Source of the DNA: Azolla caroliniana
Lineage: Eukaryota > Plantae > Polypodiophyta
DNA: 64,000 nt
Assembly: GCA_043228905.1 (NCBI GenBank)
Contig: JBHGNT010000001.1
Coordinates: 1,922,001-1,986,000, forward strand
Direction of reading: 5' to 3'
Every line of letters begins with the position of its first letter. The stretch's first letter is position 1. Both the position numbers and the translations under genes were made by a program. A model generated the notes under the pieces. It did no database searches. It had not been told where the DNA came from and saw only the letters and a list, made by a program, of their open reading frames with translations. Positions 37,877 to 50,544 of this stretch are shown piece by piece.

Positions 37877-38945
37877 GATAGAAGAGAATAATGAGCTGCC
37901 ATTAGTATAAGATTATTCACCATGAATTGATCGAGTTCTTCTTTCTCCTCGCCAACTAGTGAACTGTTATGGCCGAGAAGCTCATACTTAGCGATAACCT
38001 GAGGAGCTTGAGCGATCTGAGCATCAATACGAGGTAACTGATCCACAGGAGTAGCAATACGAAGACAAGAAACATGAGCAGCCAGCAATTGACTGTACAA
38101 AGGATGCATCGATATGTCGGCTTTTAATCGTGAACTCCATAGATTATTGTTATTATTACTGTTGCTGTGATTGCTGCTGTTATTGTTCTGATGAATATTC
38201 TCTGCAGAAGGTTGAGGTCCGGCATGGCTGTGACCACCTGCTGCTGCAACTGCCGCGGCTTCTTCAGCATCGATCAAATCGCTGCTATTTGCAGTATCTG
38301 AGTGAAGGTCGACCATCAGGTTTCCATGGCCATGTCGAGCTGATGCAGAGCTGATCGGTGCTGATAATAATTTATTAGAATTAGGAGAGTTAAGGACAGG
38401 AATTATCTGATGGTGGTGTTGTGGAAGGTGGTTATGAAGATGAGAAGCAGCTGCAGTATTGTTAACGATGTCTGCAGAAGATAATTTGGTCGCCATAGAC
38501 ATGGTAGGTGAGGCGGAGCTCTGCATTAACCAAGGGTTGGGACTGGGGTTGGAATTAGGGTTATTGCTTGGGCTAGGGCTCGATTTAGGGTTAGGGTTGG
38601 AATCAGCAGAAGCAGAAGTCTGATTAAGGTGCAAGAAACTGCACTGCACGCACTGAGATCCAGATTCGGCTCCACACCATTTCCTGTGAAGCGATGCAGG
38701 GTTGGAAGCTTGATCATTTTCTGTCACCTACACAGACGGAAGACCATGAAGATTCAGAAGAAGATTCAGAAGGAAGGAAGGAAGAATCGACGATGGATGG
38801 GTGAAAATAACTGGAGAAGAAGAAAAGGCATTAGATACTACGAATAGCAAAATTATGATTTTACTTTCCTACTGTAGCAGAAGAGGCGGTTGAGAAATTA
38901 GGAAGCAGAAGGAGGAAGGTTTAAAAGGTTTAATGGAGAAGGGAA

Positions 38946-39001
<56 letters not shown>

Positions 39002-39187
39002 CTGTGCAGCGCCGCTGAGCCAAGTGGGCGCAAGGAGCTTATTATTATTATTATTTGTAGGGGGAGGAGGAGTATTGTTATTGGAGTTGTTGTTGTTGTT
39101 ATTATTGGAATTAGAATTAGCAGTAGAATTAGAATTAGGGTTTGGGGTCGTGGTAGCGGAAGGATCGTACGAGGTCTTGTCCTCCAT
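30143..39187 (-). CDS. Class II KNOX (KNAT3-like) TALE homeodomain transcription factor, 6 coding exons
   Basis: Exons 39002-39187, 37921-38727, 35554-35674, 34973-35223, 34576-34707, 30143-30283 (TAA 30143-30145). KNOX1 ([30 protein letters not shown]), KNOX2 ([24 protein letters not shown]), GSE ([15 protein letters not shown]), ELK, and homeodomain ([44 protein letters not shown]). Exon 1 is less certain than the rest. Confidence 0.93.
30863..32188. repeat. Tandem array of four ~332-bp units in the last KNOX intron
   Basis: TTGCTTGTGTACTCAACCACAAAAC recurs at about 30863, 31192, 31524 and 31856. Copies are near-identical. Confidence 0.95.
32745..32951. repeat. Three 69-bp tandem units in the last KNOX intron
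   Basis: CTATGATGTCCACTAT at 32745, 32814 and 32883. This explains the 23-aa repeat in spurious ORF 32668-32943. Confidence 0.95.
36433..36818. repeat. Diverged tandem duplication (two ~180-bp units), each headed by (GA)n, in KNOX intron 2
   Basis: CACTCTAAATGAAAA, CCATAAGAACCAGAGTTAG and GCCATTCAAGATAGAT each occur twice in the same order. Confidence 0.85.
37796..37872. repeat. (GA)n microsatellite at the start of KNOX intron 2
   Basis: Pure AG run of about 77 bp. Confidence 0.95.
38949..38999. repeat. (GA)n microsatellite directly after the KNOX intron 1 donor
   Basis: Pure AG run adjacent to the CAG|GT donor at 39001. Confidence 0.95.
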
Positions 39188-40749
39188 AGCCACCGGCAGC
39201 AGCAGCAGAAGAAGAAGAAGCAGTCTGCAGAGAAAACGAAAACCCTAAAAAATAAAAGAAGAAAAAAAGAAGAAAAGAAAAGGGAAGAAGGGGAAAGGGT
39301 AAGAGGGGTAGAGGGGGGGGTTAATAATAATAAGTAGAATTCATGGTGGCAGGCAGTAAAGAAAAAATAAAGAAAAGCAAAGAAAGAAGGAAAGATAGAA
39401 AGGTGTTCTTCTGCAGACAATTTGAGACAAAAGAGAAGGCAATGGAAGCAGAAGCTCTCTCTCTCTCTCTCTCTCTCTGCGTCTGTGTGTGTGTGTGTGT
39501 GTGACAGTGAAGGGAAAAGGAAAGGGATGAAGGCAAACGAAGAAGACGACTTCTTTTAATTAATTCCATGTTTTCTTTATTCCTTATTTTATTTATCTAA
39601 TTATCTCTCTTTATTTTATTTATCTAATTCTTAACAAACTTTTCCTGTTTGTTTTTTTCTTTCTTCTACCTTTCGGACCGCCTTTTCCTTCTCTTCCCCT
39701 TCATAATTAAATTCTTCTTCTTCTTTTTTATTGTGTCTTTTATTTTAAATAATGTCGCATTGCTTTTCTGCTTTTTCGTTCTTGCGTCGCCCCCCCCCCC
39801 CCCCCCCCTCCCCCGAAAAATCTGTGTCCTAACCAAACCCTCTTTTTTTTCATTTTGTCTTATTTTGCTTTTTCCTTCTTTTTAAAAAAAATAACTACTT
39901 TTTCTGGGTTTTCTTCTTCTGCATTTTCGTTTGGATTGTCTCATTTTGCTTTTGCTTTTGCTTTTGCTTTTCCTTCTCTCTTTTTTAAAACAAAATACTT
40001 TTTTTCACTTTTCTAACCAACAAACTACCGGGGTCCCCAAATAAATAAATAAATGAATCAATCCAAGCAAGCAATGCCACGCCCTCCACGAATGTCTTGA
40101 CCAACCAACGAATGGCGTTACCCCACGGACACACATATACCGACAGTTCCACACACGGTAATGCCCCGGCCGCCCGTCCACACTGACCAAAATAATTGCC
40201 ATTGATCGCCCACCCGAGCTCTGTTGCCACCCAAAGAGTTTACGTGTCTTTGTTTGGGAATGGAAGCCCACACACACACATACATATGTGGGTGTTGGTA
40301 CCACCAAGTCATTATTGACTTTCTGACCCAAGAAAATCATCATCATTCATTTCCCCTTGGATGCCCACATTGAATGTGGCACACAACCATTGGTCTCATT
40401 AAAAGAAAAACAAATGTGGAGCATGAAATCTGTGGTGATGTAACGCCACATCATTGGCCACACGAAATGTAGGGGGTGTGGTGGATGGCTAAATTCCATG
40501 TTTCAGATCAAATCATTGGGCAATCATAATGTGGAGCTAGAAACCTGAGTAAACTTGTCCATACAACACAACATAATTGGCCAAAATTCTTTGAGCGCGC
40601 AAGCAAAGATAATATCATTTGTCGCCAAAACACTCTCTCTTAGCTAGCTCATTATGTGATACGCACGTACCATGTCCTTGGTAAATATATGCTTTAACGG
40701 TTGACTTTGCAAGGAAAAATACTATATAAACCTTCGACTAACTTTTTTT

Positions 40750-41825
40750 GGTTGCTATTAACAACACATGTTTAAATGTTCTATTGAAAGGTGCGTTTTC
40801 ATTATTACAAATTCCAATAAACAAGTCTTCAATTCCCAAATGCAAATGCAAGTTTCAAATATTACAAAGTTCGCAAGGGACAATTCTTTTCTCTTGGGTA
40901 CAAGGTGGATTGTGGTTCCTCTTTGTTTTAGATGCTTCCCCAATCATTACCCTATTCACTTTAGATATCAATACTTGCAAAACACTTTTAAGTTTTGGTC
41001 ATCACTATTCCATGCTGATCAAGATGGCAATGTTGATAGTTCAACAATTTAATGGTTTGGCGTTCTTTCTCTGTCTTTGCTTCTAAGAGTAGATATTCAT
41101 ACCACGAAGAGGGGTTGGATGTTTGGCTTATGCAAGGGGATGAATACCTTTCCAAGCATTTGGCCTCTTTTTATGTATACATATAACCTTCGATTATACA
41201 AGAGCAAAATTAGCATGATCCAAGGTATATTGGTTTTTCTGTGCTCAACCTGCGTTGCCGTTTAGCCCATCAGAACCCATCATGCTTTGATGTTCATCAA
41301 TCATCACATTGTGCTCGAGATGACAATCTTGATTCGATGTGGAAATTTTCCTTACACCAACTCATCATAGTATTGGTATGATAAGATGTTGACATTGGTA
41401 AATGAATATTTGTTGTACTTTTATCCTCAAATAGTGATGCCATGCATGTTTGATGTGGACACAAACTTTGGACTCTCTTGATCATACTACTATTCCACGA
41501 TGGATATTGATACGGTAAATGAAGGTGCATTGCAATTGTTGATGTTCTAAATAAAAGTAACTCCACTTCATGCATGCCTGACCACGAATGAATGAATAAA
41601 ATACCTAGGCCCAAAATTAGGTTAATTAAGTTTAATACTAAGAGATTAGTGCTGAGTCTACAATGTATAGCGAGGATCCAACAATGCCGACAGTGGACAC
41701 CATAAAGGTTAAATTACTATTCCTTAAACAACTTTCTGCACGAGGACTCCCATTCTAAATATTTTCAAGATGTAAACCTCGTAAACATGATATTTTGGCT
41801 CCATGAATTATAGTACACCGCCTTG

Positions 41826-41857
<32 letters not shown>

Positions 41858-42350
41858 GACTTTTTAGGGTTCTATGTCACTATATGCCCACACTCCAGGG
41901 GGTTCAAATAAAAGACTCATTGTTGTACTTTAGAAGATGTCACTGTTGGATGTCAAGGTCGGCCACATGACTTTCTTGCCTTTACAAAATAGCCTTACCA
42001 ACCTCGCCGAACAACCTTTCATGTAAAATTATTGATTGTATGAAAACAAAACACTCTATTAGTGCAAAAAACATATCAATTGTGCCTAAGAAAATAGTCT
42101 GTGGAACTCATGAAAGTGCCCACACATGTACGTGCAGAACACATGGCTGAGGCACATGCCCAAACAAATGAAACTAGAAAATTGACTCTTGCCTTCCGCT
42201 TTTGGAGGTATGAACAAACTCCATGCTTAACATCAAGTTGAAAACGCTTTGTAAATGTCCCCATTATGGCATAACCCAAACATCTCAAAGAAATCAAAAT
42301 CACCCCTAACATGAGAAGTTGGCACAACTTATGTATACTAAGCAAAAAAA
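40750..42350 (-). mobile_element. Decayed hAT-like (BED / DUF659-type) transposase remnant
   Basis: ORF pieces 42076-42363 (RC.GY..GTF..VCSYL, BED-like) and 41297-41614 (SWSGMH..LLL..W.SSMIKR.Q) resemble hAT transposase segments. Confidence 0.35.
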
Positions 42351-42375
42351 AGGTGTTAATCAACTACCTGAAACA

Positions 42376-42409
<34 letters not shown>

Positions 42410-44509
42410 ATAGAGCTTTTGAATCCATTAAGGTGCAAGTGGAAGCATGGTTTAGTCCCAAATCTTTTTCTGGAATAAAGTTTGTCATTCAAGAGTTGTC
42501 GAACTTGTTCAACTAATAAAATGTTTTGAATTTAAGGGATAGCCTTCAAACAATTTCAAATCATTATTTCAATTTCTTGAGTGTCACCTTTTCAATACTT
42601 TCCAACAACTACTTCACCATCTCGATACCTGTGTCCAAGACAACTTTTTATGCGTTACTCTAAGCATTCTTGTGCTCGTACCTAATCAAGATAGAGTTTT
42701 CATTGATCTCCAATGGTCTCTTATATGACTCTATTTGTTTGAGACATATGTATGGGCAAATTGCAATACATGTTTTTTCTTACATTGTAATTTATGGATA
42801 CAAACCTTATTTATGTACACAAATATTATTTGTTCACGTGTGCAAACTGTAATAGTTTGTAATTTCTATGTAAACGCGGTGTAGATTTTTCTAAACCCGA
42901 AAATGCTTGGTCGTTGATTTCTCTCTACATTTATACGAGTGGCCTCTAGGTTTTCTCCATATACACGTCTGTGTATGTATTTATATGTGATTAGAAAAGC
43001 TAACAACTTTTGTTTTTTGGGGCATTATACATATTTCACATCTTTGTTTTAACACATTGAACTACCGCCACCTTTCCATAAGTGTCCATCTTGCCTTAAT
43101 GAGATTTTTCTCCTTTTATATATAAAAAAAACATTGTGGTTTTCCCCCTCGAACATTTAGGAGTTCTCTATAATATAATCCAAAGTTCAAACCCCTCTCA
43201 ATCCCAATGATTGACAATTCTCTCGATGCACCCACCCAACCCTACTCTCCCACAACACACCACACGTTCTTATCATATATCATAAATGTGGTCCGAGCCG
43301 ATCTTCAATCATTTTTCCATCTATCTCCATCCAGCTACTATAAACGAGACACATGGAATACATCCATGCCCACTTTACATCAAACTATTCCATATTTGTT
43401 CAATGATATTTCTTATCATATGGAAGTTTTTATCTCTATATTATACCTCACATACAACTTTATGGCAATTTATATTCATCTATCTATCTCCCTCCACCAC
43501 ACCACACACATAGACACAAGTCTTACGATTGTTTTTCCTTAGAACACACATCTTTCTTTGTGTTATTCCTTTCACATCCAACTCTTTTTATCTCCATTTA
43601 TCTAGAGAGAGAGAGAGAGTGTGTGTGTGTATCATACTTTGGACAATTGTACCTCCTCTTTAAAATATAAGCATATAAAGCATGCATCGCCACCGACGAG
43701 TACATGCATATATTGCATATGCTAACCTTTCGGCTATTCAAACCCCTCAAAAAACATGAGCATAAATTCAATGTGTGTGAGTTGTCTATTGCCTCCAAAT
43801 TATCACCAAAATTAGATGTTGATGCAATATCTCGACGTGTCCTACCTTGGAGTAATGCTCTAATACCCTATTCAAGTGGGCACTTTTTTGTTTTATATAT
43901 AAATGGATGGATGGATGGATTATAGATGAATAGTTATGCACCATTTCAATGTCTTTATTGTCTACTATAAAAATAAACTTCTAACAAACTTACCTTTTGA
44001 TGGACATTTCCTACCTAAATATCACCTATCGTGTTCCTTTCAAGGTTCATTTGATTTATTATGATCTATTTTGAATTTTAGTGTCAACTTAGCTCCCAAA
44101 CTCATTTGCTTTTGTATATGTAATGTATTTGAATATTGTTGCTTTCTTACTCCAACACTTCCATGTTATTCCAAGGTAACTCTTTTGATTGTGAATGCTT
44201 CATGAGACAATCTTGCCATGACATTGTGTGGGCCTGAATAGAATTGCAAAAGAGGTTATTTTTTGTGTGTGTAAGGAATTTAAGCTTTTTTTCCACACTA
44301 AGATGCATGTGCACTCACTCATGCGAGCACATAAAATGATGCGACAAAGACCATTCCAAGGTTAAATCCCCATCAACATGTAGGGCCAAACAACCAAGGA
44401 GCCAACCACCACCCCTACCAAAACATATATGTACATGCTCACCTTCCAATTTGTGAGATGATACCCATCAAGGAAGGTACATATTAGTCCAAAACAATGT
44501 ATTCGTGAT

Positions 44510-45116
44510 TTACAACTAGATAATGTCTTGCTTAGTTTTGGTCATGCGTGTTAGAGTGAGTTCAATACACATCCATAGAACATTGTTCTTCACAATTGGT
44601 CAATCACGATGTTTTCATTTTTTAGACCTTGATTTCAAAGGATAAACTCTCACAAAAAGTAGGTTATTTTTGTTACATGTCATAAGAGAGCAATAGTACA
44701 CTCCCAAATGTTCAAGTAAAGGGCAAGATGGGGGTAATTATGAATACATTGAGAGAATATTCCATATGAATGAAGGAAACATGAACAACAAAAAACTATA
44801 CTGAATATTTCTTGCTTACAACTAGATAATGTCTTGCTTGGTTTTGGTCATGCGTGTGAAGAGTGAGTTCAATACACATCCATAGAACATTGTTCTTCAC
44901 AATCAGTCAATCAAGTTGTTTTCATTCTTTAGACCTTGATTTCAAAGGATAAACTCTCACAAAAAGTAGGTTATTTTTGTTACATGTCATAAGAGAGCAA
45001 TAGTACACTCCCAAATGTTCAAGTAAAGGGCAAGATGGGGGTAATTATGAATAGATTGAGAGAATATTCCATATGAATGAAGGAAACATGAACAACAAAA
45101 AACTACTGAATATTTC
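44510..45116. repeat. Tandem duplication, two 306-bp units
   Basis: TTACAACTAGATAATGTCTTGC at 44510 and 44816. The copies align through CTGAATATTTC. Confidence 0.93.
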
Positions 45117-47600
45117 AAAGCTATCAATAAACCCAAATAGAATAAATGCTTGGAATGGGGTTGAGGACACGGATTAAACTCTCTTATGAAGCAAAATATT
45201 TGTTTGTTAAACCAAGATGGAGGCATAAGTTTGTTTGCATATATATTGTACGAGTGATGGAAACACTTCAATAAATAAGATGGGGTTCAAAGCTAACTTG
45301 ACAACTATTGTGTTTGCGAAAAGTTGGAAGACATGTATGGTAACTTTTTTCTACATTTGTCTACAAGTTTCAATGAATATCCCTCCATTGTCAGCCAAGG
45401 TAAGTTCTGGGAGGATGGTTGGTCACTTTGCTTTATTGTCCTCTACAATCACTAAAAGGGAAAAAAACAACATGAAGGGCATGACTTTTCTTGTTGGGCA
45501 ATTCACAACTCTATACCTATCTTTCGCAAACAAACCTTACAAAGATTTTTATGTTGGTCATTACATTGCGTGACATTATGAAATTCCGTTCTACTCACAA
45601 CTCTCACTCTATATCTTTATGGGTCCGTCTATTCATAATGTCATAGTGTCTATCATGAACTAATTGACACCATGGATAAGACACCCACGTAACATTGATG
45701 GCAATGTTGTCCTTGGTGCATGAAGTTGAAGTCATTGCTTGCGATTGGAAATTGTATGCTATGATGTATGTGTTTGAAGACACGCATGTGATTATTAATT
45801 AATGTCCTCCGGGGGCGACTAGCATAACCTACGGATTTTGAAATAGATGGATGATAGGGGGAAGCTTTGTCATTTGTGTGCAGCCATTTGAGGAATTTCG
45901 TTGATTGGTTCATTTTGTTATCATTAGTGGGAAATATCCCCACTTGCCTTGTGTCCAAGAGATCTACATTCTCTTATGTTCATATTTGTGTAATGGGGTT
46001 TGAATTGTGGGTCGGACTTTTTCTCAAGATGCCTATATTTTGCAAGCTTATGATAATCATCTCTTGATATATGCCCATTCGCGTTTGTATACATGTGTAT
46101 CATATTCTTGTATATTTGTGCTTTTATGTGACAGTGCACATATTTTATCGTGTGGGAACAATGTTGCACACAATGATTGTATGTCAACTAGGCATGTCCC
46201 AGCGAGCTGAAGATTACAAAACCTATTCCTAAAGGAAGTCCCTATTTGTCTATTTAGTATTTAGATTAGGCGTGTTGCAATTTACCAATTATCCCCAAGA
46301 CTTTTGTGCACAAATTCCTCACTAAAACCTTCCCTAATACTTATTCATCGAAAAGAAGATAATTCCACGACCTTTGAGAATGCCCAAACATCTCCAAACT
46401 TTAGGTGAAATGTAAATCAAGAGACTAGGGACTTTGTATGTGTAATTGGTAGATACAAGATGTTTGAGATTGATGTGTTCAACCACCTTTGGCCAACTCG
46501 ATACACCATAACAAGGTTATTTTTGCTGATACTTTGGGGAAGTGAAGGGGTTTTATCATATTTTGAAACCATCAGAGGCCCTATTTGGTTTAGGATTTGG
46601 ACAATTGTTATTTCCATTGTTAATGTATCACTATTGCGCATAAACCCTCATTTTCCCAAGGGTAACAACATCTTATACTTGTTAACAAACCAAGGAATTG
46701 TTTCAATAACCTTTTGAGTCAACTTCTATCATCAATAAATAATCAAATTTGTGTTCGCTTCCTAGATATGATTGAATGAATGGTGTCCCATTGATTAATG
46801 ATATGTTTGGAACCGACAGGGAAGAAATATCATTATCACGCTTGGAAAAGACTTATCTCAATAATACACTTATGTGTAGTTCAACACTAGTTTTTCAAGG
46901 TTTGTTCTCTCAAGTTATATGAATATAGGACAAGTTTGAGCCTAAACTAGTTTACAAGTTACCATGACATTGTTTGTCCTTACATTAAGGATCCGAAAAA
47001 GTGGAGATGTTGAGAAGGTTTTTTATGCATGAGGTCATAAAAAGACTATAGTCGGTGTATTAGTAATTATCATGACTCTTATTACAACCGAAGAGATCAT
47101 GCATGCCGAATAAAGTAAGTTCTAATGAACCACTTAAATTTGCCTAGTCAATGCCAATTTCTTAAAAGACCAAGCACTAGAATAGTTTGCATGAGACACA
47201 ATGTGTTATATGTAATGAAATAGCAACGATAAAATAGTCAATAGAAAAATAGTATACGCATCATGTGTTTAGGTAGATAAAGCAATTTCAAACATATGGT
47301 AAAGCATCATCTTCCGAGATATTATCACAATTGATGATTGAAAAAGCCTCGAAAGCTAATAGGAATGTGGGAAATTGACTATTATCTTCAAACAGTTCAG
47401 TAAAGAAAAAGAAGTGATGGGCAATTGCTCGCTTGTTTTGAAGATAGCAAACAAATTATAGCAATAGGACAAACTTATGATTGCTTCAAATCTCTTTTCC
47501 TATGATGTTTACAAGCTCACTCAATAATTGTCACAAGTTAGCTGAAGACATTTGTATGCCAAATGCATGTGCACATGTGTAATAAGATAAGGGGATAGAA

Positions 47601-48603
47601 CATGGGATCCAGGGGGTTGGCTTTGGTCACACTCCTTGGGGGAAAAGATCGTAAAGGTCTCCTTTTTTCAGTACTCAGTAAAACTTGGAAGATCATTACT
47701 GCTCTCTCATAATGGAAAGATACCAGCGGCTCAGAAACATTGGACCAATTGGGGTGTTTCCACTTTGCATTTGAGAACCTATTGGAAATGGATATGGTCA
47801 TTCAAGGGGCCAACTAAATTTATTCTCTTTCGATGGTTATTAGTGCATATGGCTCTACCAATTGGTCATACATTGAAAGGGAATGTGACACCCAATTTGT
47901 GGCAATGTGCCATTTGCCATGAACCTCAAGAGACTACCAAGCATGTCTTATGGTCTTGTTCTTTTGCTCAACAAGTATGGAAGAAAGTCGTGTCTTTATT
48001 CCTAACAATAAATGTAGGTTGCTTATTCTCATGGGGATCAACGATGTGGGGAGTATTACACTCCGGTTTAATGTTGTATGAGGCAAACGATGTTCATGAG
48101 GCAATGACAATACATAATGGAAGATTGATATTAGTTAGTCCTTTCCAGCAACCTCGAAAGCATGTGCGATCCGTCCAAATTTGGAAAACTATGTCCACAA
48201 TAACATTATGGGTATTATGGAAATATCAATGTAAACGACTTTATGATGGGGTAGACATTCATGTCTCAGATGTGTTGTTTGAGTTATGGGAGAACTTGTT
48301 GGCTGTAGTCCGTGGTCAATATGACAATATGCAGGGTTCCCCAGATACTATGATCAAGAAAAGGAAAAAGCTTCTTCACTTATGGAAAAAGGTGCCCCTG
48401 TTTACAATGGTAGCTCAAGAGCCTCAATGGCAATATCGACTTCCATGGACTCTTTGAATATCACAAATGTAAACATCCTCGTATTTTATATCAGTGTATA
48501 AAGAAAGTTGTAACCTTCTTGGTTGCTAGGTTCAAGTTGTAGCCTTCGGGCGTTTTGGTCTTAATACTATTGAAGAAAATGTTGTATAAAAAGAAAAGAA
48601 AAG
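47601..48603 (+). mobile_element. 5'-truncated L1-type LINE (zf-RVT / ORF2 C-terminus)
   Basis: ORF 47636-48457 has zf-RVT motifs (WKWIW..P.KF.LFRW...LP..C..C...ET..HVLWSC.FAQQVW). A-rich tail. 17-bp TSD AAGATAAGGGGATAGAA at 47584-47600 and 48604-48620. Confidence 0.88.
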
Positions 48604-50112
48604 AAGATAAGGGGATAGAAACATTGAAAACCAAATGCATGTTTTGCCTTTATACAATGGAAGTTTTTGAACATTCATCTAATTCATACATATTTATAAT
48701 ATGGTTCGTGGCTACAAAAGAATTTTCCTATCAACATAGGCCAAGTTATGGTTGATTCTAAAATAGAGGGCCTCTTTAGGGAATTTAGAAGAGTTTTATT
48801 TAACTAAAGTATATGTGTCATAAAGATTGTCAAAACGGTGCAACATTACAATTGATATGCCTTTTCAAAGAGTATGTATATATCACAAATTGGTAAAGGT
48901 GAATGTAATGTTTAGCAATACGATCATCACAAGCATTGCCCATTTCAAGGAATCTCTCCCCTTTTTGAATGCATCATTTCTTAATATGGTTTTGAAAAAC
49001 CAAGTGTCATTTTTAGAGTGTACTACCATTAGAAAAGACTCAAATTTTGAGTAACATCGATGCATATTGACAAAATAAGAATAAGCCAAACTGTTGTGAA
49101 TAGGTAATCTTTTTCAGGTCTTAGCACTTTCATTGTTATGTCTACACAAGATTTCCAAGGAAAATATATCTATCTTTTCCTTGAAGACCTTTCTAACAAT
49201 GACAAAAGAGCACTTAGAGAAACACCATTGCACCTTGATTGGCTCAATCCTTGATTCATTCATGCATTTGTTTATGATGATCGATTTTACCCAAAGGCAA
49301 ATATCCGCCATTGGACATATCACAACATAGCACAAGTGATCAATGAGAGGTGATACCTCAAAATACACACCAATTTCCAAACATACATATGAACATCTCT
49401 TGTGTTGGTGTATATATATCTATTTATCGAAAAGAAGAGTGGAAGATAGGTAGGCTAGAATAAATCTAGAGTTTACTTAGTATGTGCGCGTCATGTTTTC
49501 TTAAAAAAATCTCATTATCTAACTCTATGCAATTAGTGAGAGGAGATACTTTGTAAGATCATAAAATATTATGAATGTGAAAAACAACCAAATATGAATG
49601 AACAATAAAAGCATTAATGGAACGAGTATCCTTGGGGAGATTAACAATTGCCGAAAGTAAATCATCTGCATATAGTTGGCCTTTCTTGATACAATTGTTG
49701 GTGGTATAGGCTACATTTTGTGATCATCTACAGTTTGGGAGGAGTAGAGCATAGTAGTCTTGGAGATATGGTATACAAATTTGTTTGGCTATTGTAAATA
49801 CACATCACATTGGCCATCATATGGGTCTATGGGATTCATATGTTATCTCTGTTTCTCAGTCTTTTGTACTTCTTTCTTGTGTTCTTATAATACCAAGGTG
49901 TATATTTCAAAACAAATATAGTTGTCAAAAGTAAATAGATGGAAATCATTAGTGGCAAATGATGTAAACATGACATTGTGCATTGGGGATTTCCTTTTAA
50001 CAATCCTTTTCCTCACACTTAAACATATATGTTATAATGTTAGATGTTGTGTTTTGCAACCTTAAGGTCATGGGTTCAAATCTTAAACATATATGTGATA
50101 ATGTTAGGTCTT

Positions 50113-50544
50113 TTCTTTTTCTTTCTTTTTGAAAAGAGATACGCCTTGGTATTATAAAATCACAAAAAATACAAAAGTTGTGTTGGATAAAGAAGTATAC
50201 CAGCCGACTCCATTGTGCTCACATCATAGCCGATTTGATGTGTATGTACAAGAACTACACTTATTTGTACACCATATCTCCAAGATTTTTATGGTCTACT
50301 CCTCCCAGACTACAACCGAGCATGCAATGTAACATATACCACCAAAATTTGTAGCAACAGAGTGTCCATAAACAAAGTTAGTAGACATTGTTTCCCAAAA
50401 TGACAAGAACAGTATACATCCATATTATGTAATCTCCATCTTCCCTAAAAAAAACATTGAATCCCGTAACCTTTTAAAATGCATTTGCTTCCTGAAAATG
50501 GCATCAACATTGCCTGTAAAACTTTCATACTGACCACGTAATAC
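50113..50544 (-). mobile_element. Short 5'-truncated LINE copy related to the 47.6-kb element
   Basis: 17-bp TSD TGATAATGTTAGGTCTT at 50096-50112 and 50545-50561. A-rich tail on the minus strand. Its 5' end translates VLRGQYESFTGNVDAIFRKQ, similar to VVRGQYDNMQGSPDTMIKKR in ORF 47636. Confidence 0.8.

Noticed and set aside
38869-39420. Overlapping long ORFs on both strands around KNOX exon 1
   Set aside because: They are low-complexity frames kept open by (CT)n/(GA)n and trinucleotide repeats, with no domain content.
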